Assembly (NCBI RefSeq): GCF_000143415.4
Contig: NW_003314282.1
Location: forward strand, 531,700-595,699
From: Selaginella moellendorffii
Lineage: Eukaryota > Plantae > Lycopodiophyta
Length of the DNA: 64,000 bases
Direction: 5' to 3'
This document shows, in pieces, positions 1 to 11,950 of this stretch (positions within the stretch are counted from its first letter, which is position 1; every line of letters starts with the position of its first letter). Position numbers and translations under genes: made by a program. Under the pieces are notes generated by a model. It was not told the DNA's origin. It was given only the letters and a program-made list of their open reading frames with translations, and ran no database searches.

Positions 1-2649
1 GATCCAGCTTTTAGCGCTGATGTTATGGTAGGCTGTTAGTTGTTTTTGATTGTTTGGTGATCGGTTAAATTTTGCAGGGAACTTTAACAAAGCTTCAGTC
101 TTTGAATCTTTTAGATGCAAATTGTGTACATGATGCATGAAAAGTAGCATCAGGGTTAGCTGTGGTGTTTTCTCTACCATACAGATCGTCTTTTCCAAGT
201 GAGTTCTGTTTGTTTGAAGTATAATTTTATTTTGTTTTTATAGTGGCAAATTTTGTAGAAATTGATGATTACTTAGCTCTTTATTCTCATCATTCATTGT
301 AAGTTATCATTTTTCTTATTTTGTTTTTATAACTTATTAACTTTTATTATAGACAAAAGGACTTGGCTAAAGATATATCTTTAGCCAATGAGTTGACTAT
401 TATATATCCAGATGGAGCATATAACCTTCTATCCAAATATTTTTGTGCCACAGTTGCTGTTGTGAAAGCCACAGCAACAAGGAAAAATATAAATTTCACT
501 TGTATGGATATTCAAGGGAACAACCTATTAAATTAATTCAAATAAAAATAGTACCAGCACTGGTTTGTAAAAATGAAAGTGAATATATTATTTTATGGCA
601 ATAAACTCACCAAAACATTGTAATTACATTTTCACATCTTTACATTTTACAGTTGGGATGTTAATTAGTTATTTTTTAGTTCTAGTATACTACTAGGCAT
701 TTAGATTAATCTTATTTTTATTATAAAATTAAAGATGTTTGAAATTTATAAACTTTTATAAACTCAAAGTAAACATCTATTGTCAAATTCTTCACCTCAT
801 ACATCGCAAATTATAACATAGATTAGCATGTGTTTCTTATGAAGAAGAGAGTCAAAAGTTGCATGAGTAGCTCCCACAATATAAAAACACCCACATGAGC
901 TATAGAATTTGAAGACACTGGTGGAAAAGAAAGAAAAGAGTAAGGGGGTGATAGTCTTGGTTCAAAAGCCCTTTCCTTTTCAATTTTATTTTCTTAAAAT
1001 CAACAGAGTCTATTCTTTAGCTAAGGAACTTCTACAGCTCAAGTAACAAAGGTTCCAAAAAAAACTCATATATTTAACCTAAGGAATCATTTTTATTTTA
1101 CTCCTTTGATTGTCATATTTTCTGCTTATAAAGGAATGTTACTTAGAATGCCCTATAAACTTCAATGACTAATTCTCAATAGACTTCTTCTGCAATCACT
1201 CAACTTGACAAGCACCAAGAGGCCTGGAGCTTGACAAGTGAGGATCAAAAAGGCTTTGACCTAGAGCTTTGTGAATGGGACAATTAATAGTTTGGGTAAA
1301 CAATTGTCTTCAACAGGCAAAGGCAAATTATTTCATCCTCTTTAATCTTGTCTTTCACTGCCCAAAAAGCTTGATTTTGAGGGCATGGTTCCCACAGGCA
1401 TTTGCCACAGCTTTGAGAACTTGGTGCATGACATGATTTCCACAATGGATTTTCTTGTGATGGATTATCAACACCTTGGCTCTAGAACCTTGAAGGACTC
1501 TAATACATCCTAGGACAATTGTGCCACTTAACTGTTACTTGCACAACAACACAAGGGTGAGTTGACATCAACAACATTCACAAAATGACTCAATGCATAT
1601 AGCTGATCTCTAGCTTCAATCTTCATCTCAAGTGGTGGTCACCTCCATAGTTCTCTTATCAAAGATGTTAGTTGCTCCAAGAAATCAAGGTGGTGAGTGT
1701 AATATTGTCGATTTCTTTCATGTGGACTAGACCATGGGCTGCACTTGGCTTCTCTACCATTCAGACACAGACTCTAAGACTCTTAGGTATTAGAAAACCA
1801 AGTAAATCTACCTCACCACCTTTGCCACAACAATACAGTGATGACTTTAGTATGGTAGTGTCTTCTATTGATTTGTCAACTGTTTAAGGAGAACCCCACG
1901 GAACTTGCCACAACCTTTGTCTAGTATTTTAGATGCACTGATGCTAACTAGGATGTGGACGATCACGAAATGGGAGTCTAACAATCCCTAGAGACAGCAG
2001 AACAAGCTCAAATCTTTTTGATCTAGTAGTTATTGAGGATGAGGTGTATATTAAGAATCTCCCATCAATCAGCCATCAATTCAACATCCTGTTTGCAATG
2101 AAAGAGGAAGCAAAGAAAGATACCACCTCATTCATACTTGACTCTTCCCCATCTTGTACCATCTAGGATGGTCCAAAGTCCAGATTGATCCACATAGCAG
2201 AGCATGATTAGGCCCTGCTTTTTTAACCTTGTCCAATGTGCCCACATGGCAGCTCCCAAGCCTTTCTAGCAGCAAGGATGCTAATTCATAGCCACTTGTA
2301 AATGCTCCATATAGTAGTGTTATAAATTCTTATATGCTCTAAAGCTTTTGGATTGGGCTTCCATACTCCTCTAGTGCCTAGGCATATTGAGAACACCAAC
2401 CATCTACAATCATAAATATATCCTCTTCTAGCTCTTTTATGCTTGAGATCACTATTGTAGTATATATGATCATGGGATGATATTTAAATATAACCAAATT
2501 TAGATACTTTAAATAGAAACATCACTTTTCACTTGAGAAGAGAAACAAAAAATATACAAGAAGGTAAAATGTTTGATAAAGAATGAAAAAGAAGACCTTT
2601 CCAATGTTTAGAAGATTGCCGAAGAGACAAAAACATAAGTAACTCGTAA

Positions 2650-3551
2650 GCTCCACCTGTTCGAAGTTAGAAGTTAAAACACAAGCAGCAAATCCATTTT
2701 CTTACTTGGACTGGATTGAGTATGATCGGCAGCATCAACACTACTCCACTTGTAAAGTTGCTTCGATTCTCTACTCTGACTTCCTTGACCAATTCTAGCC
2801 TGGAAAACAACTTCGGCGATTAACAAAGAAGCAATGCCTGGAAACCAAAACACTTGCGCTTTGTTGTGAGGATGCTACATTAGTTTCTCATCAAAAAAAG
2901 GAGGAGCGATTCCAATCCTGACCTCAAACATAAAACGCTTCTCTTCATCCTCCAGTGGAGGAATCACTCATTTGGTCAATTGAGAATCCATGACGATGCA
3001 CGACAAAGTTTGCAAAATGAGGCATGCAGCGAACTTCACCTGCAACATAACACTGAAAAAATAATTTGAGGAAGAAAACCAACTTACTGTCGATCTTGCG
3101 AGACCTTGCAAATTCCCTCTTGAACTTGTTTTCCTTGTGACACTTAAGAGGCTCTTGGAACAAATCCAAGAATGGCCCTGTTGTGTTCCTAACCTTCCCA
3201 AATCCCAAAGCTATCCAGCTCCGACCGAAGAAATTCTCCTTTCTTGCGGAGTGCTCAATCTCGTCAACTTCTCCCCGATTTTGAGGAATGCGAGGCAAAT
3301 TTTTGTGGGAGCTTTCTCCAGCCGATTAATTACCAGGGGCTATACATGCAAAGCGTCCCAGATGGTGGAAGAAACTCTTGCTGGACGACTTGGACTGAGA
3401 GGACGAGATTGGACGCATGATGCTTGACGGATGACGAGGAGATTAAATCCTCGATCGCCAAGTCGTTGATCATGCGCTTTAGCTGAACATACCGCTCAAC
3501 GTCCACTACCACCATATCCGGTCTGCTCTCCTTCTTTTCATCTCTATACAA
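2650..3551 (-). pseudogene. Degenerate intron-containing gene of unknown family
   Basis: Minus-strand GTAAG...TTGCAG intron (about 3088-3040) between coding-like segments that contain stops; no recognisable domain. Confidence 0.25.
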
Positions 3552-3756
3552 AAAAAATGGACATACTACTTTTTCGCCAAATATTCTTTCACCATTCCTT
3601 AAGATAAAAAAAAGGTTTTCAGCAACTTACTGAAATATTTTTAGATTTGTGCTGAGCCAGAAATTCGTGGATTCAACCAGAGTTTCGAAGCGATTGGAAG
3701 CGGATTTTCACTCGCTTTGTCCCTGGATTTTTCCCATCTTTCACTGAGCTTGTTGA

Positions 3757-4055
3757 TGGCATCAACTCTCTGCTTCCGGGTGAAACAATACGATAGCTTC
3801 AACTTTGCGGACTATGGTCACTGGGCCGAGACCAACAACAAGAGGGCGCTGAGACCGGACTGCCATTACATGGAGGACGAGATGGCGTTGGATCCTCCCC
3901 ATGCCGACCGGATCACGCGGATGGTGGCCGTGGCGCTCCAGCAAGAGGAGGAAGAGAACAGGAGGCAACTGGCTAAGGAGGTGAACTACTTCACAAGGCA
4001 ACTGGCGCTTCAGCATCAACAAGCCGGGCCGCCGAGCAAAAGAGCTCGCCACTGA
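3757..4055 (+). CDS. Small unknown protein or last exon ending in NLS-like PPSKRARH; related to 7100-7250
   Basis: GC-rich ORF 3717..4055. Shares tcactgggccgagaccaacaac (HWAETNN) and agagctcgccactga (RARH*) with a second locus near 7130-7250. Confidence 0.4.
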
Positions 4056-4398
4056 TCGTCGAATCATCCCCTGGAGGGATGAGAACAATCATGTATCACA
4101 AAACAAAACTTGTGAACAAACTACCAAGGAGCAAAAACTTTGTTGTTTGTACTTCACATACGAAGTGCAAATGTGATTGTGTACATGGCAATGAAGAGAT
4201 CTTTCCAAGTTCTATGAGCTTTAGTGGCGTTCCTCGCGGAATATGGCCGTGAGTCATTTGGATCTTCCTTTAGCTAATAAGCCCTAGCTTATGTTACGAG
4301 CGAAGGAATTGTTAGCTGCCAGGGTATGCCGTATTATTGGTGCAAAGAAAATGTGTAGAAGTGCTCCAGTGACCTTGGAGGGCACTCAATTGCTAGAT

Positions 4399-5050
4399 AT
4401 GGAAGAGAGATTAGGACAGAGATTAGGGAATTGTGGAAGAGAGGATAAATAACGTGGATGACAGGTTAAGAGCGGTGGAAGACAAGCTTGAACACATTTT
4501 AGGCTACCAGATGAGACGGGAAATTGAACGCAAGTCATGGCAAAGTCTATACCGATGAAGATACTTCATCGGGCAACAAAGTTCTGAATTCAACCTCGGT
4601 GTCATCGACTGCTGACCGTGATTCCTCCGCCAAGAAACGAAGAAAGATCAGGAGCGACCTCGAGCATACATGGTTATGACTGTTCCTCTTCTTGCCGTGC
4701 GAGAGCCTGTTTCCGAAGACGAGCTAGATGGTGCTTGGCATTCGCAAGGCTTTAAAGGCCTTACATGGGCTCGTCCATCTTTGGGAGTCCATTTTATGTG
4801 GCTGTGCAGGCTTCATTCGACCAGCTAATGTCTTGTATGACTACGAGCGAAGAAAGTACGTATTGGTTGATCTAAAGGCGTGTGCACAGCGGGGATGGAA
4901 AATGCTGGGACGAGGGAATTCTCTGCGCAGAAGGCAACGGGGGAATTCCCTCGTACAGGTACACGACGAGGTCGGACCTCTACCTGGTGGGACTCTTGAT
5001 GCATAAGCATTATCCTCGACTTCTAACCAGTCAGGCCTCTCGGACATCGT
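4399..5050 (+). pseudogene. Frameshifted kinase-like gene, Crinkler/CR-kinase style, with upstream coiled-coil
   Basis: Across frames: VEERINNVDDRLRAVEDKLEHIL, then PVSEDEL / IRKALKALHGLVH..IRPANVLYD..YVLVDLKA / YTTRSDLYLVGLLM, resembling kinase subdomains VIa-IX. HRD catalytic motif is disrupted. Confidence 0.55.
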
Positions 5051-5399
5051 ATCACTGTGGAAGGTGTTTTCGCGTAGTATCATCTATAGAAACGAAGAAC
5101 ACACTCGATATCTGGAAGGTGGTGACGTTTTGATTGATGCTGTGGACTTTTTTTAATATTTCCAGGTGCAAAGCCATTCAAGCAAGTCTCCAAGGTTGCC
5201 TCTAGAATGGAGCAAAGATCACGAAATGGAAAGCGACGGCTACTGGAAAGATACGAGCATTTTCTTTCCTCGTACGTGAATGCTGTTGGCTCCAACCGAC
5301 GGCGCAGGATAATTCATCATTGGGACGTACTAGTAGACCGGACGCTCTCTCAGCGAGGTTTTTCCTTCAGCAAGCAAGAAGAAGAGCGAGAGCGCAGCT

Positions 5400-6098
5400 A
5401 TGGAGTCGAGCGGCGGCGAAGAAGCTTATCCATCTGGTCAGAGCTTTCCTTATCGCTATTTTTCTCTCTCTTCGTTTCTTAGATTTGTTCGAGCGTATCT
5501 TCGCAGGTTCTTGCGAGGGAGACAGTCCTGTGCCGAGTTACATCCCCTCCAATCGGCAGCGGCAGCGGCGGGATCGCGAGGAGCTGCCCAGTTCGCACGA
5601 AGCGCTCCAAGCCGCGCAGGAGTACCAGCAACGTCTCGCAAGGAAGAGTCGCAGCACCATTAAAGTCTTGAACCAGTGCTGTGTGAGCGGCACATACGTT
5701 ATGGTAAGCGAAGAACAAGCTCGAGGTTTATGCTTCGCCATCTTTGTCTTTTTTCCCTTTGATATCTTCACAAAGAACTTTCTGCAGACTCTTCCTTCGA
5801 ACTACTGCAAGAAGATGATGCCGCACGGGAGAGCCGAGGTGATCGTCCGCGACCGGAGTAGTCATCAGTGGAGGATGAGATGGAACTGGACGATCCAGCC
5901 ACTGATTGGTGCCGGGCCTTCTGCGTCCATCACGAACTCGTCAAGGGAGACGTGCTCGTCTTCCAAAAGGAGAACTCCTCCTCCAAGATGATCACGGTCC
6001 GCGTCGAGATCTTCAAGAGCCGCAAGCTGGTCAAATCCAGTGATCGCGCCAACCCCGCCAACATAGTGTTGCTCCCGCCAAAGAACCAGACGAGCTAG
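5400..6098 (+). pseudogene. B3-domain (REM-like) DNA-binding protein gene with a frameshift
   Basis: ATG 5400; GT-AG introns 5437-5506 and 5704-5787. TLPSNYCKKMMPHGRAEVIVRDRSSHQWRMRW continues in a shifted frame as DWCRAFCVHHELVKGDVLVFQ..VRVEIF, the second half of B3. Confidence 0.7.
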
Positions 6099-6432
6099 AT
6101 CGAAGAACTCGGCGGAGTAGCCACCGGAGGAGACGTCCACGACGTCTTCGAGCGCAATCCCAAGAGGACGAGGGGGCTCCTGAGGAGAGAATGGGTGGAG
6201 AACTCACACTCGTGGCGGCGGGTGAGGAGGAGAGGGAGCGGCAGTGGGAGGCGGAGAAGAGAACTTGGCGCTGGTGCTCAAAAAGACGAGGTCGGCAGCC
6301 CGAGTCCGAGGAGCTCGGGATGAGCTTCAAGAGCTGAGGAAGATCCTCAATTTCCTCTCTACGATGCCAACTCGACCAGCTCAAATTTTAAAACGAGTGG
6401 CATATTCGCACGCATCTTAGGGCTTAGGGGTT

Positions 6433-6441
6433 TTAGGGTTT
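6433..6441 (-). promoter_or_regulatory. Telo-box (AAACCCTAA) upstream of ribosomal protein gene
   Basis: TTAGGGTTT 35 bp before the bS6 ATG; telo-boxes are typical of plant translation-machinery promoters. Confidence 0.6.
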
Positions 6442-6476
6442 TCCCCATCTTCCTTCGCCCTTCTTCGCCTGGATCG

Positions 6477-6996
6477 ATGCCTCTGTATGATGTGTTCGTG
6501 ATCTTCAAGCCGCTGGTGGAGAGGAAGGTGATGACCGACATTCTGGTGCGCATTGGGCACAAGGTATACCAGCAAAAGGGCGTCGTCACCAACGTCAAGT
6601 ACTTCGGCCGCCAGTTCCTGGCATACGACATCAAGAAGCGCGATGGGCGTCACTACGAGGTCAGCATTTTTGCTTCTCCCCTCCTCTTTCGCTTCGTTTC
6701 CGGGGATTTCGTTCTCTTCTCTTCGAGTTCTTTCATCGTGTTTTCAATGCCTTCTTTTTCTATAACGTTTTTCATGTTTGGGCCTTGTTTCGTGCTTGAT
6801 GAACCAGGGGCACCTCATGCAAATGACGGTCATGGCAGCCACCGCCTTCAACGAGCAGCTCCAGTACTTGAACAACGACGAGCGGCTGCTGCGATGGCTA
6901 CTCATCAAGAACAGGGGTACCAAATGGATGGATGCGCTGCAGGGCAAGCTCCCCTCGGTGGACGTCCAAGACGAGGACCTCTTCCGGGCCCGGTGA
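6477..6996 (+). CDS. RPS6: Ribosomal protein bS6, mitochondrial-type, 2 exons
   Basis: Exons 6477-6659 and 6808-6996. MPLYDVFVIFKP..GRQFLAYDIKKRDGRHYE|GHLMQMT..DERLLRWLLIK matches the plant organellar bacterial-type S6 family. Confidence 0.9.
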
Positions 6997-7099
6997 CAAG
7001 CCTTCTACTCTACTCCCGTACTACATAAAAACAGAAAATTTGTTTATTTGGTTGAGAAACGAAGATGGTTCAGCGGTTTGTTCATCTCAAGCATATTTG

Positions 7100-7250
7100 G
7101 CTGACACTATGATAAATTCGCGGACTGATCACTGGGCCGAGACCAACAACGCCCAGGCCGCGAATCCTCCGAGGTGGCGAGGTAAACGACTACACACGGT
7201 AATTAGCGCTCTGGCACGGCAACAAGTGGAGCAAGAGAGCTCGCCACTGA
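7100..7250 (+). pseudogene. Shortened paralog of the 3757-4055 ORF
   Basis: DHWAETNN and, in a different frame, SKRARH* with near-identical nucleotide blocks. Confidence 0.5.
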
Positions 7251-7384
7251 CTCATCTGCTGGGGAATCGGAAACAATGTTGTATCATAAAGGACAATCAG
7301 GATATGTAAGCAGGGTAAACAGATAAAAGGAAATGTTATTTTGAAAAAATTAGAGTGCTCTAAATAGATGTTAAAAAAATTAAA

Positions 7385-8190
7385 GGACAAAATAAATTTC
7401 AATAATCTTTATAATGATTACTGTTTCTTTTTTACTTAAAAAATACTTTTAGAATATTCTTATGTGACAATCTATTTATATATTTGTTTATATTTTTTAT
7501 TTTTAGGTTTATATATTTAAAGTTTCACAAGTTAAATTTGTTTGTGTGATTAATATCTGTGTATTATATATAAGTTCTAAATTTTAAATCATAATTTTCA
7601 AGTTCTACTATAGAAGGGAAATCTTTATATTTAAGGAAAATATATTAAAACTTAAATATGATATTTTAAATATTTTTAATTAAAAATTAAAAATTAATAT
7701 TTAAGAAATTAGATGTGTCTAAATTTGTTCCAATGGAAAAAGTATGCAATAAGGTAAAAAACCTGACAAATAAAAAAGAAGATAAAAAAAAAGAAAGAAG
7801 ATTTACCAATTCATACAAAAGTGCTATCTTAAACACTTATATTGAAGGACATTTCTTGGAAGTGACAATATTAAATATTTAAATTTTAATATATTTTCTT
7901 TTAATGCATATATACTTATTAAATTTCCTATGAACCATCAAAACTGGAAGAACTTAAAAATTATAATTTAAAACTTAGAAACAATATATTGATAAATATT
8001 TTATTTATACAACAACTTATAAGATACCAATCATATAAAAAAAATTAGTTTGTGAAGCTTTAACTTTATAAACCAAAAAAAATAAATAAATAAATAAATT
8101 GTCACAAAAGAACGTTATAAAAGGATTTTTAAAAAAAGTAAAAATGAAAAAAATAGAAAAAAAACCTTATAAAAATTTTATTTGCTCAAA
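7385..8190. mobile_element. Non-autonomous long-TIR/foldback element (MULE/MITE-like)
   Basis: About 7430-7670 is an imperfect reverse complement of about 7872-8140, e.g. ttcttatgtgacaatctatttat vs rc ttcttttgtgacaatttatttat, and ttctaaattttaaatcataattttcaagttct vs rc ttctaagttttaaattataatttttaagttct. Very AT-rich, no ORF. Confidence 0.65.
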
Positions 8191-8529
8191 ATTTTAAATC
8201 ATGGATTACAGCATTTAAAAAATTGATAGAACAAAACATGGCACCAAAAAGAACAAATGTTTTCAATGTGAAAGGAATGATTGTCTATTGCTACTTTAAG
8301 GCCACTACAACAAACCCCTTAATATGTGCAAAAGTGGGGAGAACATTGCATCAAAAGATGTAATTGTTGACTCAAAAGTGGAGGATGTTTGTCTATATAC
8401 CATGTATACTAGGGAGCAGCAGCAGAACACAGGATGATCAGGGTAAAAAGGCGCTGGTGGAAAAAGACAAGATGCCCGTGGAGTTGCAGCTTAAAGAGAC
8501 TCCTATATAGTTACAGAATATCCTTATAT

Positions 8530-8695
8530 TGTTCATGCTTGTTCATTTCTACATTACTGTGATGGTTTAATAGGAATGAATATGGACCAGTGTCTTGCTC
8601 TCCGACAAGAGAAGGCCAGTGAAGCTTTGAGGGAGTTTGTGGAGGCTTCAGGAAAGCCTCATGGAAGCTTGTGGAAACAAGAACAGTTTGTTTGA
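8530..8695 (+). pseudogene. 3' fragment of the MFS-like gene (third copy)
   Basis: Aligns by eye with 10522-10735 (gttcatttctacat, atatggaccag, cgacaagagaaggcc, gaagctttgagggagtttg, aacagtttgt) with deletions. Confidence 0.8.
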
Positions 8696-8989
8696 CTTAT
8701 TTATCTATCTATTTATATGCCGTTTTGATAGTCTCGCAGTGCCCATCTTAGAGCATCAAACTGATGGATGCAAGGAAGGATCGAAGATGTTTTCTTTCTC
8801 ATGGGTTGAGAATCTCTTTTTGGACGTTCTTAGTCATTTTATTGTTGCTTGTTATGATCAGGCAGCCTAGCCAACATTCCAAAGAACAACCACAGGTGTA
8901 GCACAAGGTAAAATGGCTCCTTTTCCTTCCATTCTAGTGGGACGGGAAATTGAGTTGGGCTCATCATATGGCCTCGTCACCGAGTCCCC

Positions 8990-9800
8990 ACAAGCAGGGG
9001 ATAGATGATCGATCCTTGACCATCAGCAAACTCTTGGATCACTGTCACAATCATCACAGAGGCATTGCATAGCATTGCATCGTGACCGCCTCAAGATGGC
9101 CAAGCTCGGAAAACGCGGCAAGAATGAGGTTCTAAGACAGAGTATTCCAATTCGGCATAGTGCCCAGGCAAGACAGATCTCTTCAACGCACCCAAAAGCT
9201 GTGAGCATCATATTCCCAGCACGAGGTCGCGCATCAACATCAGAGCAAAGACTTGGACGGCTCGATCTAGATACCCAGTCTCTGGACATGCTGATAATAT
9301 GATGTTCCTATTGCCACATTTCTTTGCTGCGGCCAGTCGAGAACTCTAAGCTGTTCGCAAAACTTTCCGTCAAGACACGAGTTAGAAAGAGAGAATAAGT
9401 GGCAAATTTCGCCGGACGGACCAGGGCGCGTCGGGGAGACAAGGTTTGCCCAGCTCCAAATTCTTAGCGTAGTAGTATTGAAAAACAGGGATTCTTCAGG
9501 TGCCATTTCTTTTTGTTCCGGTTTTTTTAGCATATTCTTAGCTTAGCATCTGCCGCTCTCTCTACTTGATTGTGCAGCGCCGTGGAAGGAAATGGTGGGT
9601 GTTCGACAAATGGTGGAGATCAGCAACACGCTTTATCACCTTCCGGAGCGCAAACTCTTTTCAGGGGCATGATCATCCTGCGCTCCTTGTGGAAACTTGT
9701 TTCTCGATCGAGTTCCACTCCACGCAATGCATGTGGATGATTTCTCACGCACGCAGTTGCCCTGGATTTGGAGTATTTCTCGACAAGCTTCTTACAAATG
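8990..9800. pseudogene. Possible highly decayed PPR fragments
   Basis: Minus strand AGNMMLTAFG..VEE and plus strand YHLPERKLFS..MI resemble short PPR motifs; no intact frame. Confidence 0.25.
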
Positions 9801-9903
9801 GGCCGTCGATCGGGATTGTGACAAGCTAAGCATCCAATTTTAAGGCTTTCTTGTGCTAGAAAAGGATATGCGTGAACTAGCCTTTTTCTATTTAGGGAAA
9901 GTT

Positions 9904-10741
9904 ATGGAGCAGGGATTGTTGAGCCCAAATGGTGAGTATGATCTTGCCGATATCTACAAGGCCTGGAATCTTGGTCGCAACTGGATTATGTGGCGCCAGT
10001 TCTTGATGAATTTCTTCTGTAATGCCTTCACTGGATATGGGTGTTATATGCTTACCATACATTGGCCACCTCAGCTATCCCGTCAGGTATCTGCAATGCT
10101 AGGATGCTTAGGATTCTTCGTGTCCATGATCTCAACAGGTCAGTTTTGTTTTCTTATTTTTTTCCTAGAGACTAACAAGGGCTCCTGCAGGAATTATGCT
10201 GTCTCACTATGGTCGAAAGAAAATGATCACATACGGCTTTCTTATTGGGGGCATTAGCGGTATTTTTTCCGCAATGATCACGAATCAGTGGCTGGTGTTT
10301 CTGCTGGTGGTGATATTATTCTGTGGATTTCTCAGTCCTGCAACAATATCTTTGCCTGATGATTGGATTGACGGCAGCAGTTTGGCTATGTTCATAATGG
10401 TTAGTTTCATGAGGTATATGGCTTACATGGCTTGTATTTGGGCTGCCACCGTTGCTCCACCAGTCGGATGGCAAGTTCCAGCCGTTGCACTTGTGGGATC
10501 AAGCGCTGCTATTGTTTATGCAATGTTGGTTCATTTCTACATGTTGCAGTCACCACTAGAAATTTTAGACCCTGGTTGTGATGGTTTAGTGGAAATGGAT
10601 ATGGACCAGCGGCTTGCTATTCGACAAGAAAAGGCTATTGAAGCTTTGAGGGAGTTTGCGGAGGCCACAGGGAAGACTCTACCAGAAAATTTGAAGAGCA
10701 TCAGGACAGTTTGCGGAAACACCAACAGTTTGTCCGTGTAG
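9904..10741 (+). CDS. Half-size MFS / organic-cation-transporter-like membrane protein, copy 1 (about 261 aa)
   Basis: Exons 9904-10138 and 10191-10741 join in frame. About 6 hydrophobic segments, MFS motif-A-like LSHYGRKK, and QSP..EKAIEALREFAEATGKTLP resembling the OCT post-TM6 loop. Confidence 0.7.
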
Positions 10742-11011
10742 TTGGCTTGTGTGTGTTTGAGCTCGTGAATAGAAAAGCTGTGAGCTGTTCCACACTTTTT
10801 TGCAATCTCTTAAATTAAGTTTAGCACTTCTTTGTGAACTATGGATTCATCAATTGATTTTTGACATGGATTGATGTCGAGCGGTGAAAGAGGCGACGGA
10901 GTCAATGCAAGTCAATGCAGGTGAGACAAGGAGACAACGTAGCTGCTCCCCCTGTTAACCACTATTGTCAGGCAATTGTGGAGCTGCTCTATTTTGTGTC
11001 CAAGATCTCCT

Positions 11012-11145
11012 TGGTAGAAGCTGCTTCATAAGTACGATGAAATAGGTATAAAGGAGAAGTACTTGATATATTTTGGTACAACACTTCTTGATTTATATAC
11101 ACATCCTAGTTCCTTTGATTGCATGATCTCTTCTTGGTTCCAACA
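11012..11145 (-). repeat. Copia 3' LTR (134 bp)
   Basis: Reads TGTTGG...CTACCA on the minus strand directly after the PPT (plus strand ccaacactcccccttg). Confidence 0.75.
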
Positions 11146-11950
11146 CTCCCCCTTGATCTAATGTCTTTTAATCAGATTGCTGCTCCCCTTAGGAGACCAG
11201 TCTGAGTTGTTGTCATAGTCATTTAAACTGTCAAACTTCAATCATAGTCTTTGTGAATAGATCTGCAATCATCTTCATTGTAGGGATGTATCTCAACCTA
11301 ACTTTTTCTCTCTTGATCCGCTCCTTGATAAAGTAATGAAACATCTCAAAGTGTTTGTTTCTCCTATGATGCACTACGTTCACAATGGATGTTGTGTTGT
11401 CATTATAGATATTCAGAGGTACTTGCATCTCAAAACTTATCATGGAGCAGATATCAAATCCAGAAAGCTTCCATAACAACATTATACTCTGCTTCACAAA
11501 TAGACAATGCCACCATCCTTTATTTCTGGCTACACCATGATACAACTGTATTAGAGAATTTGAACATGTACCTAGTTGTTGATCTCCTATCATCCAGATT
11601 GCCAAAGATCAGCATCTACCATTCCATATGGTATAAGTGCACTTGATCCAATTTCTCCTCCTGCCATCCCTTTGTATTTGAGATAAAGTGATGAAGTTTA
11701 CCATACATAACTAAAAATCCACTCCACTACATACCAATGTCTCTTTCTGGGATTTTGCATGAATTGGCATGCTCTAGAAACAGCTGCAGCTATGTCTAGT
11801 CTGTTTGATGTGGTTAAATACATCAATGCTCCAACCATGTTTTGATATAGCTTAGCCATCTCCTTCTTCTCCCCCTTGGAATGTGGTTGATCTGCTTTGG
11901 AGAGTTTGTTAAATTGGAGTGTTGGAGTTGGATTTTTCCTATCACACACA

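Noticed and set aside
1-540. Exon/intron-like pattern at the window start
   Set aside because: In-frame stop in a putative exon and no recognisable product; truncated by the window edge.
1200-1320. Minus-strand IHKALGQSL resembling PIF1/Helitron helicase motif TIHKxQGxSL
   Set aside because: Single short motif amid stops; no other helicase motifs recognised nearby.
3330-3551. SKP1-like look of LKRMINDLAIED
   Set aside because: Rest of the SKP1/BTB fold is not evident.
3870-5897. MEDEMALDPP versus MEDEMELDDP similarity between two ORFs
   Set aside because: 21/28-nt match only, and the second is the off-frame reading of B3 WRMRWN; likely coincidence.
8303-8312. CACTACAA, like a CACTA transposon terminus
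   Set aside because: No matching opposite terminus or subterminal repeats found.
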